Source: Burkholderiales bacterium (GTDB lineage Bacteria; Pseudomonadota; Gammaproteobacteria; Burkholderiales; JACQAP01). From it: DNA of 64,000 nt. The stretch covers positions 561 to 64,560 of the forward strand of contig JBKJUC010000020.1 of assembly GCA_046590325.1 (NCBI GenBank), written 5' to 3'. Positions 9,749 to 20,484 of the stretch are shown here, in pieces. Position 1 is the stretch's first letter, and the number at the start of each line of letters is the position of its first letter. A program made the translations under genes and the position numbers. Under the pieces are notes generated by a model, which was not told where the DNA came from, ran no database searches, and saw only the letters and a list, made by a program, of their open reading frames with translations.

Positions 9749-10634
9749 AGACCGGGAAATCGACGAAGAAAACGCAGAAGTCTCCCAGCGCTATCGCGAA
9801 ACCGCGCGCGAAGAACCTTCCGTGCGTGTCGACGCCGCGATCCTGGAGGCTGCCCGGCGTGAAGCGGGCCGACCGCTGGCGGCGCGCAACTGGCGGGTGC
9901 CTGCCGCTGTCGCGGCGGTGCTGGTCATCGGCGTCTCGCTTTCGCTGCTGACCCGTGACGGTGTTGATCCCTTGCCGCCGCTGGACCAATCTCGCAGGCA
10001 GGCGGAGGTGGCCAGACCCGCCGCGCCCAGCCTGGCGATGAAAGGGGAGCCTGCCCCGAAGGCCAAGCTCGATCTGCAGTCGCGGCCATCCAGAGACCGC
10101 AGCGAGCGCGACGACCGCGAGGCCGAAGTGCGGCCGGGAGACGGTCCTGCCAAGCAGCCGGCAGGGACGGGCCAGGCGACGGTGCCCGAAGTCGCGGCGT
10201 CGACTTCCCCTCAGGTCCGGCAGTTTGATGCGCCAGCTGCCACAGCAGAGGCGCCTTCGGTGAAGCAATCCGCTTCAAAGAAACCGTCGGCGTCAGCATT
10301 CGGCCCGGAAAGATCCGCGGCAGAAAGGGCCGTGGCGCAAAGCTCCGTGACGTCAGAAGCCATCGAGGAAAAGCAGGCGCTTGCCGATGCGCAGGAGGAA
10401 GAACGCGCTCGGGCAAAATCCCTGCGCAAGGAAGAATCGGTAGCGGCGGTGCCATCGGACGCGAGACAGCCCCCCGAGCAATGGCTGCGGAGCATCGAAG
10501 AACTGATCAGGAGCCGCAAGCAGGCCGATGCACGAGCGCAGCTTGCGGAATTCCGCAAGCGTTATCCCGACTACCGACTGCCGGACACGCTGCAGGCTTT
10601 CGAACGCGAAGCTGCGTCTGACCCACCAAAATAA
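9732..10634 (+). CDS. putative anti-sigma factor (single-pass membrane protein)
   Basis: Overlaps the sigma gene by 17 nt. It has a short N-terminal cytoplasmic segment, a TM span (VPAAVAAVLVIGVSLSLL), a low-complexity Ala/Pro/Ser periplasmic region and a C-terminal helical LAEFRKRYPDYRLPD tail. Confidence 0.6.
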   Translation: MPTLPEDREIDEENAEVSQRYRETAREEPSVRVDAAILEAARREAGRPLAARNWRVPAAVAAVLVIGVSLSLLTRDGVDPLPPLDQSRRQAEVARPAAPSLAMKGEPAPKAKLDLQSRPSRDRSERDDREAEVRPGDGPAKQPAGTGQATVPEVAASTSPQVRQFDAPAATAEAPSVKQSASKKPSASAFGPERSAAERAVAQSSVTSEAIEEKQALADAQEEERARAKSLRKEESVAAVPSDARQPPEQWLRSIEELIRSRKQADARAQLAEFRKRYPDYRLPDTLQAFEREAASDPPK

Positions 10635-10660
10635 AAAGCCCCGCCGGGGCGGGGCTTTTA
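10633..10660. terminator. bidirectional rho-independent terminator
   Basis: aaaaagccccgccggggcggggctttta is a GC stem flanked by A5 and T4. It lies between the convergent anti-sigma and phasin genes. Confidence 0.8.
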
Positions 10661-10676
10661 CCCAACTGCCGATCGC

Positions 10677-11213
10677 TCAGTTCGATTTCTTTTTGGCCGG
10701 GGTCGCGGTTTGCGCCACTGCAGCCAGATTCGCTTCGGTCATTGCCGTCAGTTGCTTGCCGGCCTTGGTGATGTTTTCAAAGACCGAATTCGCCGTGCCG
10801 ATGACCGACTTGAACGCCGGTATTACGGCTTCGGAGCCCGCGGGCGCCGACTTTACCGCGGCATCCATGGCTGCCGTGACCTGCTTGCTAAATTCGGCTA
10901 TCTGGGCTTCTAGCAACGCGCTGATTTCGGACTGGGCTCCCGAGGCCAGGTTGTAGAGGCTGCGCGCATAGGCTGTCGCCTTGTCGACTCCGGGCTGGAA
11001 ATTGGCATTGGTCCAGGCCGGAAGTTCGGCGACATCCTTTATCTCGGTGAGAGCCTTGACGTTCCTGGCCCCGTCGCTAAAAGCGGCTCTGGCGCTCTTG
11101 ATTTGCAGGTCCACCAGCTTTTCCGCACTTTCGGCGGCAACGGTGGCAAATCGGAGGGCGGTATCCAGTTGTGCCTTGCCCAGTGTGGAAAACTGATCCG
11201 GAATGGCTGTCAT
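10677..11213 (-). CDS. phaP: phasin family protein (PHA granule-associated)
   Basis: Internal start MTAIPDQFSTLGKAQLDTALRFATVAAESAEKLVDLQIKSARAAF. Ala-rich amphipathic helices with a lysine tail, typical of betaproteobacterial phasins. Confidence 0.8.
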   Translation of the reverse strand: MTAIPDQFSTLGKAQLDTALRFATVAAESAEKLVDLQIKSARAAFSDGARNVKALTEIKDVAELPAWTNANFQPGVDKATAYARSLYNLASGAQSEISALLEAQIAEFSKQVTAAMDAAVKSAPAGSEAVIPAFKSVIGTANSVFENITKAGKQLTAMTEANLAAVAQTATPAKKKSN

Positions 11214-11281
11214 GAATGGCTCCTTCAGATTAGGTTTGAGGGGCATGCCTGATTTGGGGCTTGCCTTGTTTGGTTGCTTTT

Positions 11282-11295
11282 GTTGCGATGCACAA
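11282..11295. promoter_or_regulatory. candidate operator half (TTGTGCAnnGCAA, inverted copy 1) at the phasin promoter
   Basis: gttgcgatgcacaa is the reverse complement of ttgtgcatcgcaac. It matches the second site at 12 of 14 positions and lies just downstream of the -10. Confidence 0.35.
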
Positions 11296-11300
11296 TAAAG

Positions 11301-11329
11301 ATTATCGGGGCTGGGACCCTTCAAGTCAA
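11301..11329 (-). promoter_or_regulatory. sigma70-type promoter of the phasin gene
   Basis: The minus strand reads TTGACT, a 17-nt spacer, then GATAAT. It lies about 90 nt upstream of the phasin ATG. Confidence 0.5.
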
Positions 11330-11347
11330 GGCCCAAGGGTAGAATAT

Positions 11348-11361
11348 TTGTGCAATGCAAG
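11348..11361. promoter_or_regulatory. candidate operator half (inverted copy 2) upstream of the phasin -35
   Basis: ttgtgcaatgcaag pairs with 11282-11295 as an inverted repeat that brackets the promoter. Confidence 0.35.
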
Positions 11362-11415
11362 ATAGAAGGCGCAAAACGCGGACTCAATGCTCCAACTTAC
11401 TGAAACATAAGCGTC

Positions 11416-12078
11416 TTAACGCTTTAGAGCCAAAGACAGACCATCCCCGATCGGAACCAGGGACTGGAATACCCGCGGGTCTTCCTTGAGCCGGCGATTG
11501 AATGCCCGGATCGCTTCGGTATCCTCATCGCGGACGGTGGGATCAGCCACTGCGCCCTGCCAGAGGGTGTTATCCACAGCGATCAGGCCGCCTGATCGAA
11601 TTAAAGTGAGCGCCCGCTCAAAGTAGGCTTGGTAGTTGGACTTATCGGCGTCGATGAAGGCGAAGTCGAAGCTTCCCGCTGCGCCGGAATGAACCAGTTG
11701 ATCGAGCGTTTCGAGCGCCGGGGCCAGCCTGAGTTCGATCTTGTCGGCGACGCCCGCTGCCGACCAGTATCTGCGGGCGATTGTGGTCCATTTTTCCGAA
11801 ATGTCGCAGGCGAGGATCCGGCCGTTCGCTGGCAGGGCGAGGGCGACGGCAAGGCTGCTGTACCCGGTGAAAACACCGACCTCGAGACAGCGGCGGGCGC
11901 CGGTCATCCTGACCAGCAGCTGCATGAACTGTCCCTGTTCGGGGCCGATCTGCATCCGGGCCATCGGGTCGGCCGCGGTCTCCTCGCGCAAGTTCCGCAG
12001 GATTTCCGGTTCGCGGACCGAGTTTTCGAGGAGGTATCGGTAGAGCGTGTCGGACAGCGTGAAGGTCTTGTTGGACAT
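11416..12078 (-). CDS. class I SAM-dependent O-methyltransferase (caffeoyl-CoA OMT-like)
   Basis: Start MSNKTFTLSDTLYRYLL. LEVGVFTGYSSLAVAL SAM-binding motif and FDFAFIDADKSNY, typical of family 3 O-methyltransferases. Confidence 0.8.
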   Translation of the reverse strand: MSNKTFTLSDTLYRYLLENSVREPEILRNLREETAADPMARMQIGPEQGQFMQLLVRMTGARRCLEVGVFTGYSSLAVALALPANGRILACDISEKWTTIARRYWSAAGVADKIELRLAPALETLDQLVHSGAAGSFDFAFIDADKSNYQAYFERALTLIRSGGLIAVDNTLWQGAVADPTVRDEDTEAIRAFNRRLKEDPRVFQSLVPIGDGLSLALKR

Positions 12079-12167
12079 AGCGCTCCCTATGATCTGAAAA
12101 CGCAGCGGGAAATCCGCCAGCGTGCCGGACGACGGATGGCGCTCCCGAGCGGGGCGCCTGTCGTCAT

Positions 12168-13070
12168 CTAGAATTCGACTGAAAGGGCAGCGGTTTTGCG
12201 CGGCAGCAGCCCGCGGCGCCAGTTTTCGATCCCCCACGACCACAATGCTTCGACGTCCTCGCCTGCCACTTCCGGTGGCGGAGCATGCCCGAGGAATTGC
12301 AGTATCCGCGCGAGCGTTGCTGCGGCACGGCCGGCATCCACCGCCTGTGCCAGGGTCTGCTTGGAAAGCTTTTCGCTGTTCGCATTAACGGCAACCGGCA
12401 GGTGGAGATATTCCGGTGTCGGCAGTCCCAGCAATCGCTGCAGATAAATCTGCCTTGGCGTCGAAGCAATCAGGTCGGCTCCGCGCACGACGTGGGTAAT
12501 ACCCGCGTCCGCGTCATCGACGGCGCAGGCCAGGTGATAGGAAAAAGCGCCATCGGCACGTCGGAGAACGAAATCCCCGATCTCCGCGGCGAGTTGCTGG
12601 CGCACCCGGCCCTGTAGTTGATCCTCGAACTCGACGGCGATGTTGTCGGTGCGCAGCCGCAGCGAGCGCATGGTGTGACCCGCCGGCATGCCATTGCGGC
12701 AGGTGCCCGGGTATACGGGGCCATCGATACCCGCAGCCATGGCCGCCTCTTCGACGCCCTTCCTGCTGCATCCGCAGGGATAGACCAGTTTGCGCCCGCG
12801 CAATTGTTCCAGCGTATCGCGGTAGGCCTCACCGCGCGTGCTCTGGTAGACGACCTCCTCGTCCCACTGCATGCCGAAATTCTCCAGGCAGCGCAGAATC
12901 GCGTCCGCAGCGCCCGGCATGATGCGCGGCGGATCGAGATCGTCGATGCGCAGCAACCATCGGCCGCCGCCTGATTTCGCATCAAGATAGCTCCCGGCCG
13001 CCGCGACCATGGAACCAAAATGCAGCGGCCCGGAAGGTGTAGGCGCGAAGCGGCCCCGATAGCCATTCAT
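12168..13070 (-). CDS. gluQ: glutamyl-Q tRNA(Asp) synthetase
   Basis: RFAPTPSGPLHFGS (HIGH-like), LLRIDDLD and KLSKQ motifs. The length of about 300 aa corresponds to a truncated GluRS catalytic domain. Confidence 0.85.
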   Translation of the reverse strand: MNGYRGRFAPTPSGPLHFGSMVAAAGSYLDAKSGGGRWLLRIDDLDPPRIMPGAADAILRCLENFGMQWDEEVVYQSTRGEAYRDTLEQLRGRKLVYPCGCSRKGVEEAAMAAGIDGPVYPGTCRNGMPAGHTMRSLRLRTDNIAVEFEDQLQGRVRQQLAAEIGDFVLRRADGAFSYHLACAVDDADAGITHVVRGADLIASTPRQIYLQRLLGLPTPEYLHLPVAVNANSEKLSKQTLAQAVDAGRAAATLARILQFLGHAPPPEVAGEDVEALWSWGIENWRRGLLPRKTAALSVEF

Positions 13071-13072
13071 CG

Positions 13073-13423
13073 TCAGCGCGCGGCTGCCTTGCCGCCGGTG
13101 ATGCGCGCAAAGAATACCGTGGCGGTGAAGAATGCAAGCGACAGTACGATTTCAGCGACGGCGAGCTGCTGGCTGGTTCCACGTTCGCTCCACGCACGGA
13201 CGACGCCTTCGGTGAAGTAGGCGAGGCCGAGAAGCCACGCCCACTGATAGGTGTAGCGTTTGCCGCGCAACACGCCGAATAATGGCAGCAGCAGGGGCAG
13301 TGCCTTGAAGGCCAGCGCCGATCCGCCTTCCCGCAACGGCGCCAGCCACAGTTCCCAGGCCAGGCAAAGCGCTATCAGGCCAATCAGGCTGAGTGCCGAG
13401 ATCCATTGCAGCGTGCTTCTCAT
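13073..13423 (-). CDS. DUF2069-like small membrane protein
   Basis: Four hydrophobic spans with an LRGKRYTYQW motif. 4-nt overlap with the upstream gene. Confidence 0.65.
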   Translation of the reverse strand: MRSTLQWISALSLIGLIALCLAWELWLAPLREGGSALAFKALPLLLPLFGVLRGKRYTYQWAWLLGLAYFTEGVVRAWSERGTSQQLAVAEIVLSLAFFTATVFFARITGGKAAAR

Positions 13424-14139
13424 GTGCGACTCGCCTTGGCCAGGCTGACCAGCCGGGCGCGCGCCTGATCCGCATCGGCGACCGGCCCGTCGAAATCGAA
13501 GCGTAGTAATCGTCCACTGGTGCGCACGTCGAATCCATCGCAGTCTATTCCCGTCATCTCCACTGTCTGCTCATCGATCTCATGCACATGCCGGCAGTAG
13601 TCCCGCAGGTTATGCGCGTGATCCTGGTTCATGTGCGCGAGAAGGTCTTCTTCCGCGGACGCGATCGGCAGTTCCGGCGCAAGATAACTTTCGCCGGCGA
13701 TCGTATGGATGCTGCCGAAGCCGGCGATGTAGCGCAGCGATTTCGGTTCGATGCGGAAAAAACGGAAGCCGCCGATCTGGAGGTACTGAGCGGCATCGGG
13801 GTAGAAACGCAGGTAGCGTGCCGTCAAGGCAGCGTCATCGACCGGCGCGATGTCGCCGATCTGGTTCACGCGCGCCTGTTCCTGCATTTCCAGTCCTGCC
13901 GGCGATACCAGAAAACCGACCCGGCCATCCGCCCCCGCATTGCGGGTATGTTCGGCCAGATGGCTGACCAGAACGACGATGCGCCCGCGCTGGTCGGTGC
14001 AGAACGGCAGCGCCGAAACATAAGGGTAGCCGGGAAACTTCAGCGACTGGGTTGCGAGCGCTCCATCCCTGAACCTGCGTACCAGCCGCCTGGCCTGATC
14101 GCCGCGGCTGGCGGCCGCTACGGAATCCCCGCCCGTCAT
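13420..14139 (-). CDS. HugZ/pyridoxamine 5'-phosphate oxidase-related protein with a DUF2470-like C-terminus
   Basis: N-terminal split-barrel pattern (ALATQS..FPGYPYVSALPFCTD) and C-terminal LAHMNQDHAHNLRDY motif. Confidence 0.65.
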   Translation of the reverse strand: MTGGDSVAAASRGDQARRLVRRFRDGALATQSLKFPGYPYVSALPFCTDQRGRIVVLVSHLAEHTRNAGADGRVGFLVSPAGLEMQEQARVNQIGDIAPVDDAALTARYLRFYPDAAQYLQIGGFRFFRIEPKSLRYIAGFGSIHTIAGESYLAPELPIASAEEDLLAHMNQDHAHNLRDYCRHVHEIDEQTVEMTGIDCDGFDVRTSGRLLRFDFDGPVADADQARARLVSLAKASRT

Positions 14140-14146
14140 CGGAGCT

Positions 14147-14749
<603 letters not shown>

Positions 14750-14821
14750 CTATAGTTCCTGCTATCTATGTTACTGCCGGTTAAGAACGTATTATATCGG
14801 CATGGTTTGTGTGCCCGGCCC

Positions 14822-16084
14822 ATGAAACTCCAACTGCAATCGATCAAGGACCTCGGACGCCAGTTCCGCCTGCTGGGGCATTTCATCGTCCTGGTCTACC
14901 GGCGTTTCAAGGAGGAGCGCTGTTTCCAGCTTTGCGGCAGCCTCACTTTTACGTCGATGCTCGCCATGGTTCCGCTGGTGACCATCATGCTCACGGTGAT
15001 AACGGCGTTTCCCGTGTTCGACAGTCTCATCGAAGTCCTGAAGAGCTTCGTCGCCAACAATTTCATGCCGCAGGCCTCCTCGAGGGCGGTAACGTTGTAC
15101 ATGCAGCAGTTTGCGGACAACGCAGCGCGGCTGACGGCGGTTGGAATCATTTTCCTCGGTGTCACCTCCATCATGCTGATGCTGACCATCGATCGCGCCT
15201 TTAATACCATCTGGCGCGTGAAGCGTCCGCGGCCGCTGATCCAGCGGGTGCTGATCTACTGGTCAGTGCTGACTATCGGCCCGATCCTGGTCGGTTCGAG
15301 CCTGTCGATGTCGTCCTGGCTGGTGACCCATTCGATGGGACTGGGCAAGCAATATTCCGAAGTCATGGTGGCGGCATTCAAGCTTCTGCCGCTGTTCTTT
15401 ACTTCCGTCGCATTCGGATTTCTTTATCGGACTGTGCCCAACCGCCAGGTTACGGTCCTGGACGCCGTTGTCGGCGGCATCATCGCCGCGCTCGCCTTCG
15501 AGGCCATGAAGTGGCTGTTCGGCCAGTTCCTCATTCATTTCTCGAACTACAAGGTGGTGTACGGAACGTTTGCCAGCCTGCCCATTTTCCTGATGTGGGT
15601 TTATCTGTCCTGGACTGTGGTCATATTCGCCGCTGTGATCACGGCTGTGCTGCCATATTGGCGCAGCGGAGGTGTTTTGCTCAAGCATGAACCCGGCTCC
15701 GAGTTCGTCGAGGCTGTGGAGATGCTGAAGCTGCTGTACCGCGCATACCTCGAGGGTGACGTCCTCAACCTGCAACAGCTTCGCACCGCGCTCCGGCTAT
15801 CCTGGGAGGATGCGGAATCGGTCCTCGACAAGCTGGTATCCGCGGGATGGGTGGCAAAGCTGCAGGGCAACGGTTGGGTGCTGGCGCGGGATGCGGGCGG
15901 AATCCGCCTCAATGATGTGTTTCGCCTCTTCGTTTTCGGCAAGGAAGCCGCGCACGCCAGCGAGGAAACCGCGGTGAAGCGGCTGGTGTCCAAGGTGTTG
16001 TCCAGCGTGGACGACCAGCTGGACCTGACCCTCAAGGATTTGTTTGCAACCGGCGCCGCCGCCCGCGCCGCAAGAACTGCCTGA
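14822..16084 (+). CDS. YihY/BrkB family inner-membrane protein
   Basis: Start MKLQLQSI. FKEERCFQLCGSLTFTSMLAMVPL and six TM spans typical of YihY, with an extra C-terminal soluble domain. Confidence 0.75.
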   Translation: MKLQLQSIKDLGRQFRLLGHFIVLVYRRFKEERCFQLCGSLTFTSMLAMVPLVTIMLTVITAFPVFDSLIEVLKSFVANNFMPQASSRAVTLYMQQFADNAARLTAVGIIFLGVTSIMLMLTIDRAFNTIWRVKRPRPLIQRVLIYWSVLTIGPILVGSSLSMSSWLVTHSMGLGKQYSEVMVAAFKLLPLFFTSVAFGFLYRTVPNRQVTVLDAVVGGIIAALAFEAMKWLFGQFLIHFSNYKVVYGTFASLPIFLMWVYLSWTVVIFAAVITAVLPYWRSGGVLLKHEPGSEFVEAVEMLKLLYRAYLEGDVLNLQQLRTALRLSWEDAESVLDKLVSAGWVAKLQGNGWVLARDAGGIRLNDVFRLFVFGKEAAHASEETAVKRLVSKVLSSVDDQLDLTLKDLFATGAAARAARTA

Positions 16085-16089
16085 CGCCC

Positions 16090-16623
16090 ATGCCGAAACC
16101 CTTCCTGCGGATTGCCGTGTTGTCAGTGGCCGTGCTGGCCGCATCGATGGCAGCCGCCTTGCCGGCTATGGCCGCGGAAACTTTTACGCTGACTGACGCC
16201 AGCGGCAAGTCGCACCGGCTTGCCGACTATCGCGGCAAATGGGTGATCGTCAATTTCTGGGCGACCTGGTGTCCGCCCTGTCTCGAGGAGATTCCCGACC
16301 TGGTCTCGATAGCGGAATCGCGCAAGGACGTGCAGGTTTTCGGAATCGCGATGGAATTCCAGGATGCGAAGCAGGTGTTGCAGTTCGCCGACGGCATGTT
16401 CGTGAACTACCCGATCGTGCTCGGCGACGAAAAAATCGCCGCCCGCATCGGCACAGTGGCGGGATTGCCCACCACCTTCATTTACGACCCCCGGGGCGAA
16501 CTCGCTACGCGCCATGTGGGCAAGCTGACCCGCAGCCAGATCGAAAAACTCATCGGCAACGGCAGCTCGGGCGAGCGCGCGATCAATGCTGCAATTGACC
16601 CTATTCAGCCGTCGCCGAGGTAG
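16090..16623 (+). CDS. TlpA family thiol:disulfide oxidoreductase
   Basis: Signal peptide plus the thioredoxin-fold motif VNFWATWCPPCLEEIP. Confidence 0.8.
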   Translation: MPKPFLRIAVLSVAVLAASMAAALPAMAAETFTLTDASGKSHRLADYRGKWVIVNFWATWCPPCLEEIPDLVSIAESRKDVQVFGIAMEFQDAKQVLQFADGMFVNYPIVLGDEKIAARIGTVAGLPTTFIYDPRGELATRHVGKLTRSQIEKLIGNGSSGERAINAAIDPIQPSPR

Positions 16624-17315
16624 TTCGTCGCCTTGGGGCGCTTGATGGCCTTCCTGGCAGGAGCCTCCGCGTTCGCCTTTTGCACAGCTGCCCCGCGCGG
16701 GACTTCCCAGCCGTCGCGCCAGGCGCGCAGCACGGCATTCGGATAGCGCGATTTGCCCAGGGATCCGTTGTAACGCCCAAGCGCGCGGTAGAGATCGCCG
16801 CGCTCAATGTCGAGATAGTGGCGCAGGATGGTGCAGCCGTAGCGCAGGTTGGTGCGCAGACTGAACAGGTTCTGTTCCTCCTCGCCGATCAGCTTCACCC
16901 AGAAGGGCATGACCTGCATGTAGCCGCGGGCGCTGGCGCGCGACACGGCGTATTTGCGGAACCGGCTTTCCACGTGAATCACGCCGAGTACCAATTGCGG
17001 ATCGAGTCCTGCGCGCGTCGCCTCGTAATGCACCGTGATCAGGAAATTCTCGCGCTCCCCGGTGTCCGGGATTTGCCGTTCCAGGCGCCCCGACATTTCC
17101 AGCAGCCAGGCGGCGCCTTCGTCTTGCGCGAGGACGCCACGGCGGGGGCTGGCCTGGTCGGCGACCGAACGATGCAGCGACGCCCTGACACTCGCGGACA
17201 GCGGCTCATACTTCTGCTCGCCCGCCAATGCGCCTCCGGCAAGCGTGGCGCAGATGCCGGCAATCAGCCAGCCCGCAAGCCGCGAGCCGAACTTAAATCC
17301 TTGATTTAACTGCAT
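16605..17315 (-). CDS. lytic transglycosylase (SLT domain)
   Basis: [28 protein letters not shown] is the catalytic Glu-Ser plus MQ motif region of family 1 lytic transglycosylases. Signal/anchor at the N-terminus. Confidence 0.8.
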   Translation of the reverse strand: MQLNQGFKFGSRLAGWLIAGICATLAGGALAGEQKYEPLSASVRASLHRSVADQASPRRGVLAQDEGAAWLLEMSGRLERQIPDTGERENFLITVHYEATRAGLDPQLVLGVIHVESRFRKYAVSRASARGYMQVMPFWVKLIGEEEQNLFSLRTNLRYGCTILRHYLDIERGDLYRALGRYNGSLGKSRYPNAVLRAWRDGWEVPRGAAVQKANAEAPARKAIKRPKATNYLGDG

Positions 17316-19018
17316 GCAACGGATTTTAGATGGTCTGCTGCCTTTTGCAACTCCAAAGGCGTCGCAGCGCGGGCGGTGCGGGCCTGGATTTCGACCTTGC
17401 CTTCCTTCAGGCCGCGATCGCCGATGGTCACCCGGTGCGGTATGCCCAGCAGCTCGAGATCTGCAAACATGACACCGGGGCGTTCGTCGCGATCGTCGAG
17501 CAGGACATCGATACCGGCAAATTGCAGCGCGTCGTGCAAGTCATCCGCCGCCTTTTTAACATCCGCGTTCTTGCGGTATCCGATGGGGGCGATGGCGACC
17601 TGGAAGGGCGCCATGGGCACTGGCCAGACGATGCCGCGTTCGTCATTGCCCTGCTCGACCGCCGCCGCGACTATGCGCGACACGCCGATCCCATAACAGC
17701 CCATTTCCATGAACTGCGCCTTGCCCGCTTCGTCGAGGAAAGTCGCGCCCATGGCTGCGGAGTACTTGGTGCGCAGCTGGAAAATGTGCCCGACTTCGAT
17801 GCCGCGGCAGATCTCCAGCGTTCCTTTGCCGTCCGGAGACGGATCTCCGGCGACGGCGTTGCGGATGTCGGCGACCCGGGCCGGCAGCGGCAGATCGCGA
17901 TCGAGATTCGCGCCTGTGTAGTGATATCCGGCTTCGTTCGCGCCACACGCGAAATCGCTCATGCCCAGGACTGCGCGATCGGCAATCAACTCGATCGATT
18001 GCGGCAATCCGACCGGACCAAGGTATCCGGCCCGTGATTGCGAGTGCTTGTGTATTTCTTCCTCGCTCGCGAAACGAAAGGTTCCCAGCCCCGGGAGCTT
18101 GTTGACCTTTACTTCGTTCAGTGTGTGGTCGCCGCGCAGCAACAGGACGTAAAGGCGTTCGTCACTGACGACGGCAATTGCCTTTAGCACTTTCGCAGCC
18201 GGGAGCTGCAGGAATTCAGCAACTTCCTCGATGGTCTTTTTGCCGGGCGTGGCGATTTTCTCCAGTTTTTGCGTTGCCGCGCCGCGGGCCTGCGAAGGGG
18301 CGACGGCCTCCGCGAGCTCGACGTTGGCGGCATAGTCCGATGCCGGAGCGTAGGCGATCGCGTCTTCGCCGGAATCCGCCAGCACGTGGAATTCGTGCGA
18401 GCCGGTGCCGCCGATTGCGCCGGTATCGGCGGCGACCGCGCGGAATTTCAGCCCCAGCCGGGAGAACACGCGTGAGTAAGTGTCGTACATGTTCCGGTAT
18501 TCGCGCTGCAGGTCGTCGTAGTTCACGTGAAAGGAATAGGCGTCCTTCATCATGAACTCTCGCGCGCGCATCACGCCGAAGCGAGGGCGAATCTCGTCGC
18601 GGAACTTGGTCTGGACCTGATAGAGATTGAGCGGCAGCTGGCGATAGGAGCGGATTTCCTTGCGCGCGATGTCAGTGATGACTTCTTCGTGCGTCGGGCC
18701 GAAGCAGAAATCGCGGTCGTGACGATCCTTGATCTTGAGCATCTGAGGGCCGAACACGTCCCAGCGGCCGGTCTCCTGCCAGAGTTCGGCGGGTTGCACC
18801 GCCGGCATCAGCAACTCCACGGCTCCGGCGCGATTCATCTCCTCGCGCACGATGTTCTCCACCTTGCGCAGCACGCGCAGCCCGAGCGGCATCCAGGTGT
18901 ACAGCCCGCTGCCGAGTTTCTTTATCAGCCCGGCGCGCAACATCAGCTTGTGGCTGACCAGTTCCGCTTCGCTGGGCGCTTCCTTGAGGGTGGAGATGAA
19001 GAACTGTGAGGTGCGCAT
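17306..19018 (-). CDS. proS: proline--tRNA ligase
   Basis: 570 aa. [32 protein letters not shown]... is a full-length bacterial-type ProRS with an insertion (editing) domain. Confidence 0.95.
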   Translation of the reverse strand: MRTSQFFISTLKEAPSEAELVSHKLMLRAGLIKKLGSGLYTWMPLGLRVLRKVENIVREEMNRAGAVELLMPAVQPAELWQETGRWDVFGPQMLKIKDRHDRDFCFGPTHEEVITDIARKEIRSYRQLPLNLYQVQTKFRDEIRPRFGVMRAREFMMKDAYSFHVNYDDLQREYRNMYDTYSRVFSRLGLKFRAVAADTGAIGGTGSHEFHVLADSGEDAIAYAPASDYAANVELAEAVAPSQARGAATQKLEKIATPGKKTIEEVAEFLQLPAAKVLKAIAVVSDERLYVLLLRGDHTLNEVKVNKLPGLGTFRFASEEEIHKHSQSRAGYLGPVGLPQSIELIADRAVLGMSDFACGANEAGYHYTGANLDRDLPLPARVADIRNAVAGDPSPDGKGTLEICRGIEVGHIFQLRTKYSAAMGATFLDEAGKAQFMEMGCYGIGVSRIVAAAVEQGNDERGIVWPVPMAPFQVAIAPIGYRKNADVKKAADDLHDALQFAGIDVLLDDRDERPGVMFADLELLGIPHRVTIGDRGLKEGKVEIQARTARAATPLELQKAADHLKSVACS

Positions 19019-19101
19019 GATTCTTTTGGAGACGGCTCTGCTCGCGAGCGAAAAGCCGCTATTCTACAGGCAGCGCCAACTGCGGAAGAGGAAGCAAACA
19101 G

Positions 19102-19881
19102 GTGTTCGGAAAAGGGAAAAAACAGCACTACGCGAAACGCGAAGTCAGCGTGGAAGTCAGCGAGAAGGACGGCATCCGCTCGCTGCACCTCGGGAGCGAT
19201 ACGGTGCAAAGTTCAATGAAACTGGCCGACCCCGCGGAACTGGTGCTTTCCTATACGCGGGCCATGATGGCTTTTCTGCTGTTCGAACCGGAGCCGCACC
19301 GCGCCGTCATGATAGGTCTCGGCGGCGGCTCCCTTGCCAAGTTCATCTATCACCGGCTGCCCGGCGTGAAGACTGTCGCGGTGGAATGCGAGCCTGCCGT
19401 AATCTTCGCCGCGCGCCAGTACTTCCAAGTGCCGGAGAACGATGCGCGCTTCAGGGTGGAACTGGCGGAAGGCAGCGCATGGGTGGCCGCGAACCCTGCG
19501 AGTTGCGACGTGCTGCTGGTGGACGGATACGATGGGCACGAACAGGTGCCTGAGCTGGCAACGGAGAGTTTTTATGCGGATGCCCGCACGGCATTGACCG
19601 AAAAAGGGGTGCTCGTCACCAACCTGTGGAGCTCGGATGATCACTTCGATACCTACCTGCAGCGCATGGAGCGGGTATTCAGCGCCGTGGTCTGCGTACC
19701 GGCGGAAAGGCGGGGGAATGTGATCGTGCTCGCCTTTGCGCGCTCGCCAGGGCATCCCCGGTGGGAGGATTTGCGGGAGCGTGCGCGTCGGCTCCAGGGC
19801 CTGTATGAGCTCGAATTCCTTCGGTTTGTCGAGGACTTACGCGAACTTAATCCCCATTCCGGAGGGCGCTTGCTGGCCTGA
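19102..19881 (+). CDS. spermidine synthase-like methyltransferase-fold protein
   Basis: GTG start. VMIGLGGGSLAKF SAM-fold glycine loop and LLVDGYD motif. Confidence 0.6.
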   Translation: MFGKGKKQHYAKREVSVEVSEKDGIRSLHLGSDTVQSSMKLADPAELVLSYTRAMMAFLLFEPEPHRAVMIGLGGGSLAKFIYHRLPGVKTVAVECEPAVIFAARQYFQVPENDARFRVELAEGSAWVAANPASCDVLLVDGYDGHEQVPELATESFYADARTALTEKGVLVTNLWSSDDHFDTYLQRMERVFSAVVCVPAERRGNVIVLAFARSPGHPRWEDLRERARRLQGLYELEFLRFVEDLRELNPHSGGRLLA

Positions 19882-19959
19882 ACCGGGCACCTTCAACTTT
19901 TTCTGGCGCTGTTTTTGTGGAAGAATCGATCCAAGTGAGTATCTGGTTGGGTGGCTGAC

Positions 19960-20484
19960 ATGATCGACCGTGACGGCTATCGCCCGAATGTGGGAATCGT
20001 TCTTTGCAATGGCAGGGACGAGGTGTTTTGGGGTAAGCGGGTCAAGGAGCATGCGTGGCAGTTCCCTCAGGGCGGCATCAAGTCCGGGGAAACGCCCGAG
20101 CAGGCCATGTTCCGCGAACTCAAGGAAGAAGTCGGCCTTGATCCCTGCCATGTGAAGATTCTCGGCCGCACCCGGGAATGGCTACGCTACGAAGTGCCGC
20201 AGACCTGGGTGAGGCGGGAGAGCCGCGGCATTTATCGCGGCCAGAAGCAGATCTGGTTTCTACTCCGGCTGGTCGGGCGCGATTGCGACGTCTGCCTGCG
20301 TAACTGCAATCATCCCGAGTTCGATGCCTGGCGCTGGCACGAATACTGGATTCCCCTGGACAGCGTGATCGAGTTCAAGCGCGAGGTCTATGGCCGCGCG
20401 CTGCAGGAACTTTCGCGCTATCTCGGCGGTTCGCGCCAGCACGGCGCGCGTTCACCGCGTCCAGTCACCCCGGCTGAACGCTGA
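19960..20484 (+). CDS. rppH: RNA pyrophosphohydrolase (Nudix)
   Basis: [15 protein letters not shown]... with Nudix box [23 protein letters not shown]. Confidence 0.9.
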   Translation: MIDRDGYRPNVGIVLCNGRDEVFWGKRVKEHAWQFPQGGIKSGETPEQAMFRELKEEVGLDPCHVKILGRTREWLRYEVPQTWVRRESRGIYRGQKQIWFLLRLVGRDCDVCLRNCNHPEFDAWRWHEYWIPLDSVIEFKREVYGRALQELSRYLGGSRQHGARSPRPVTPAER

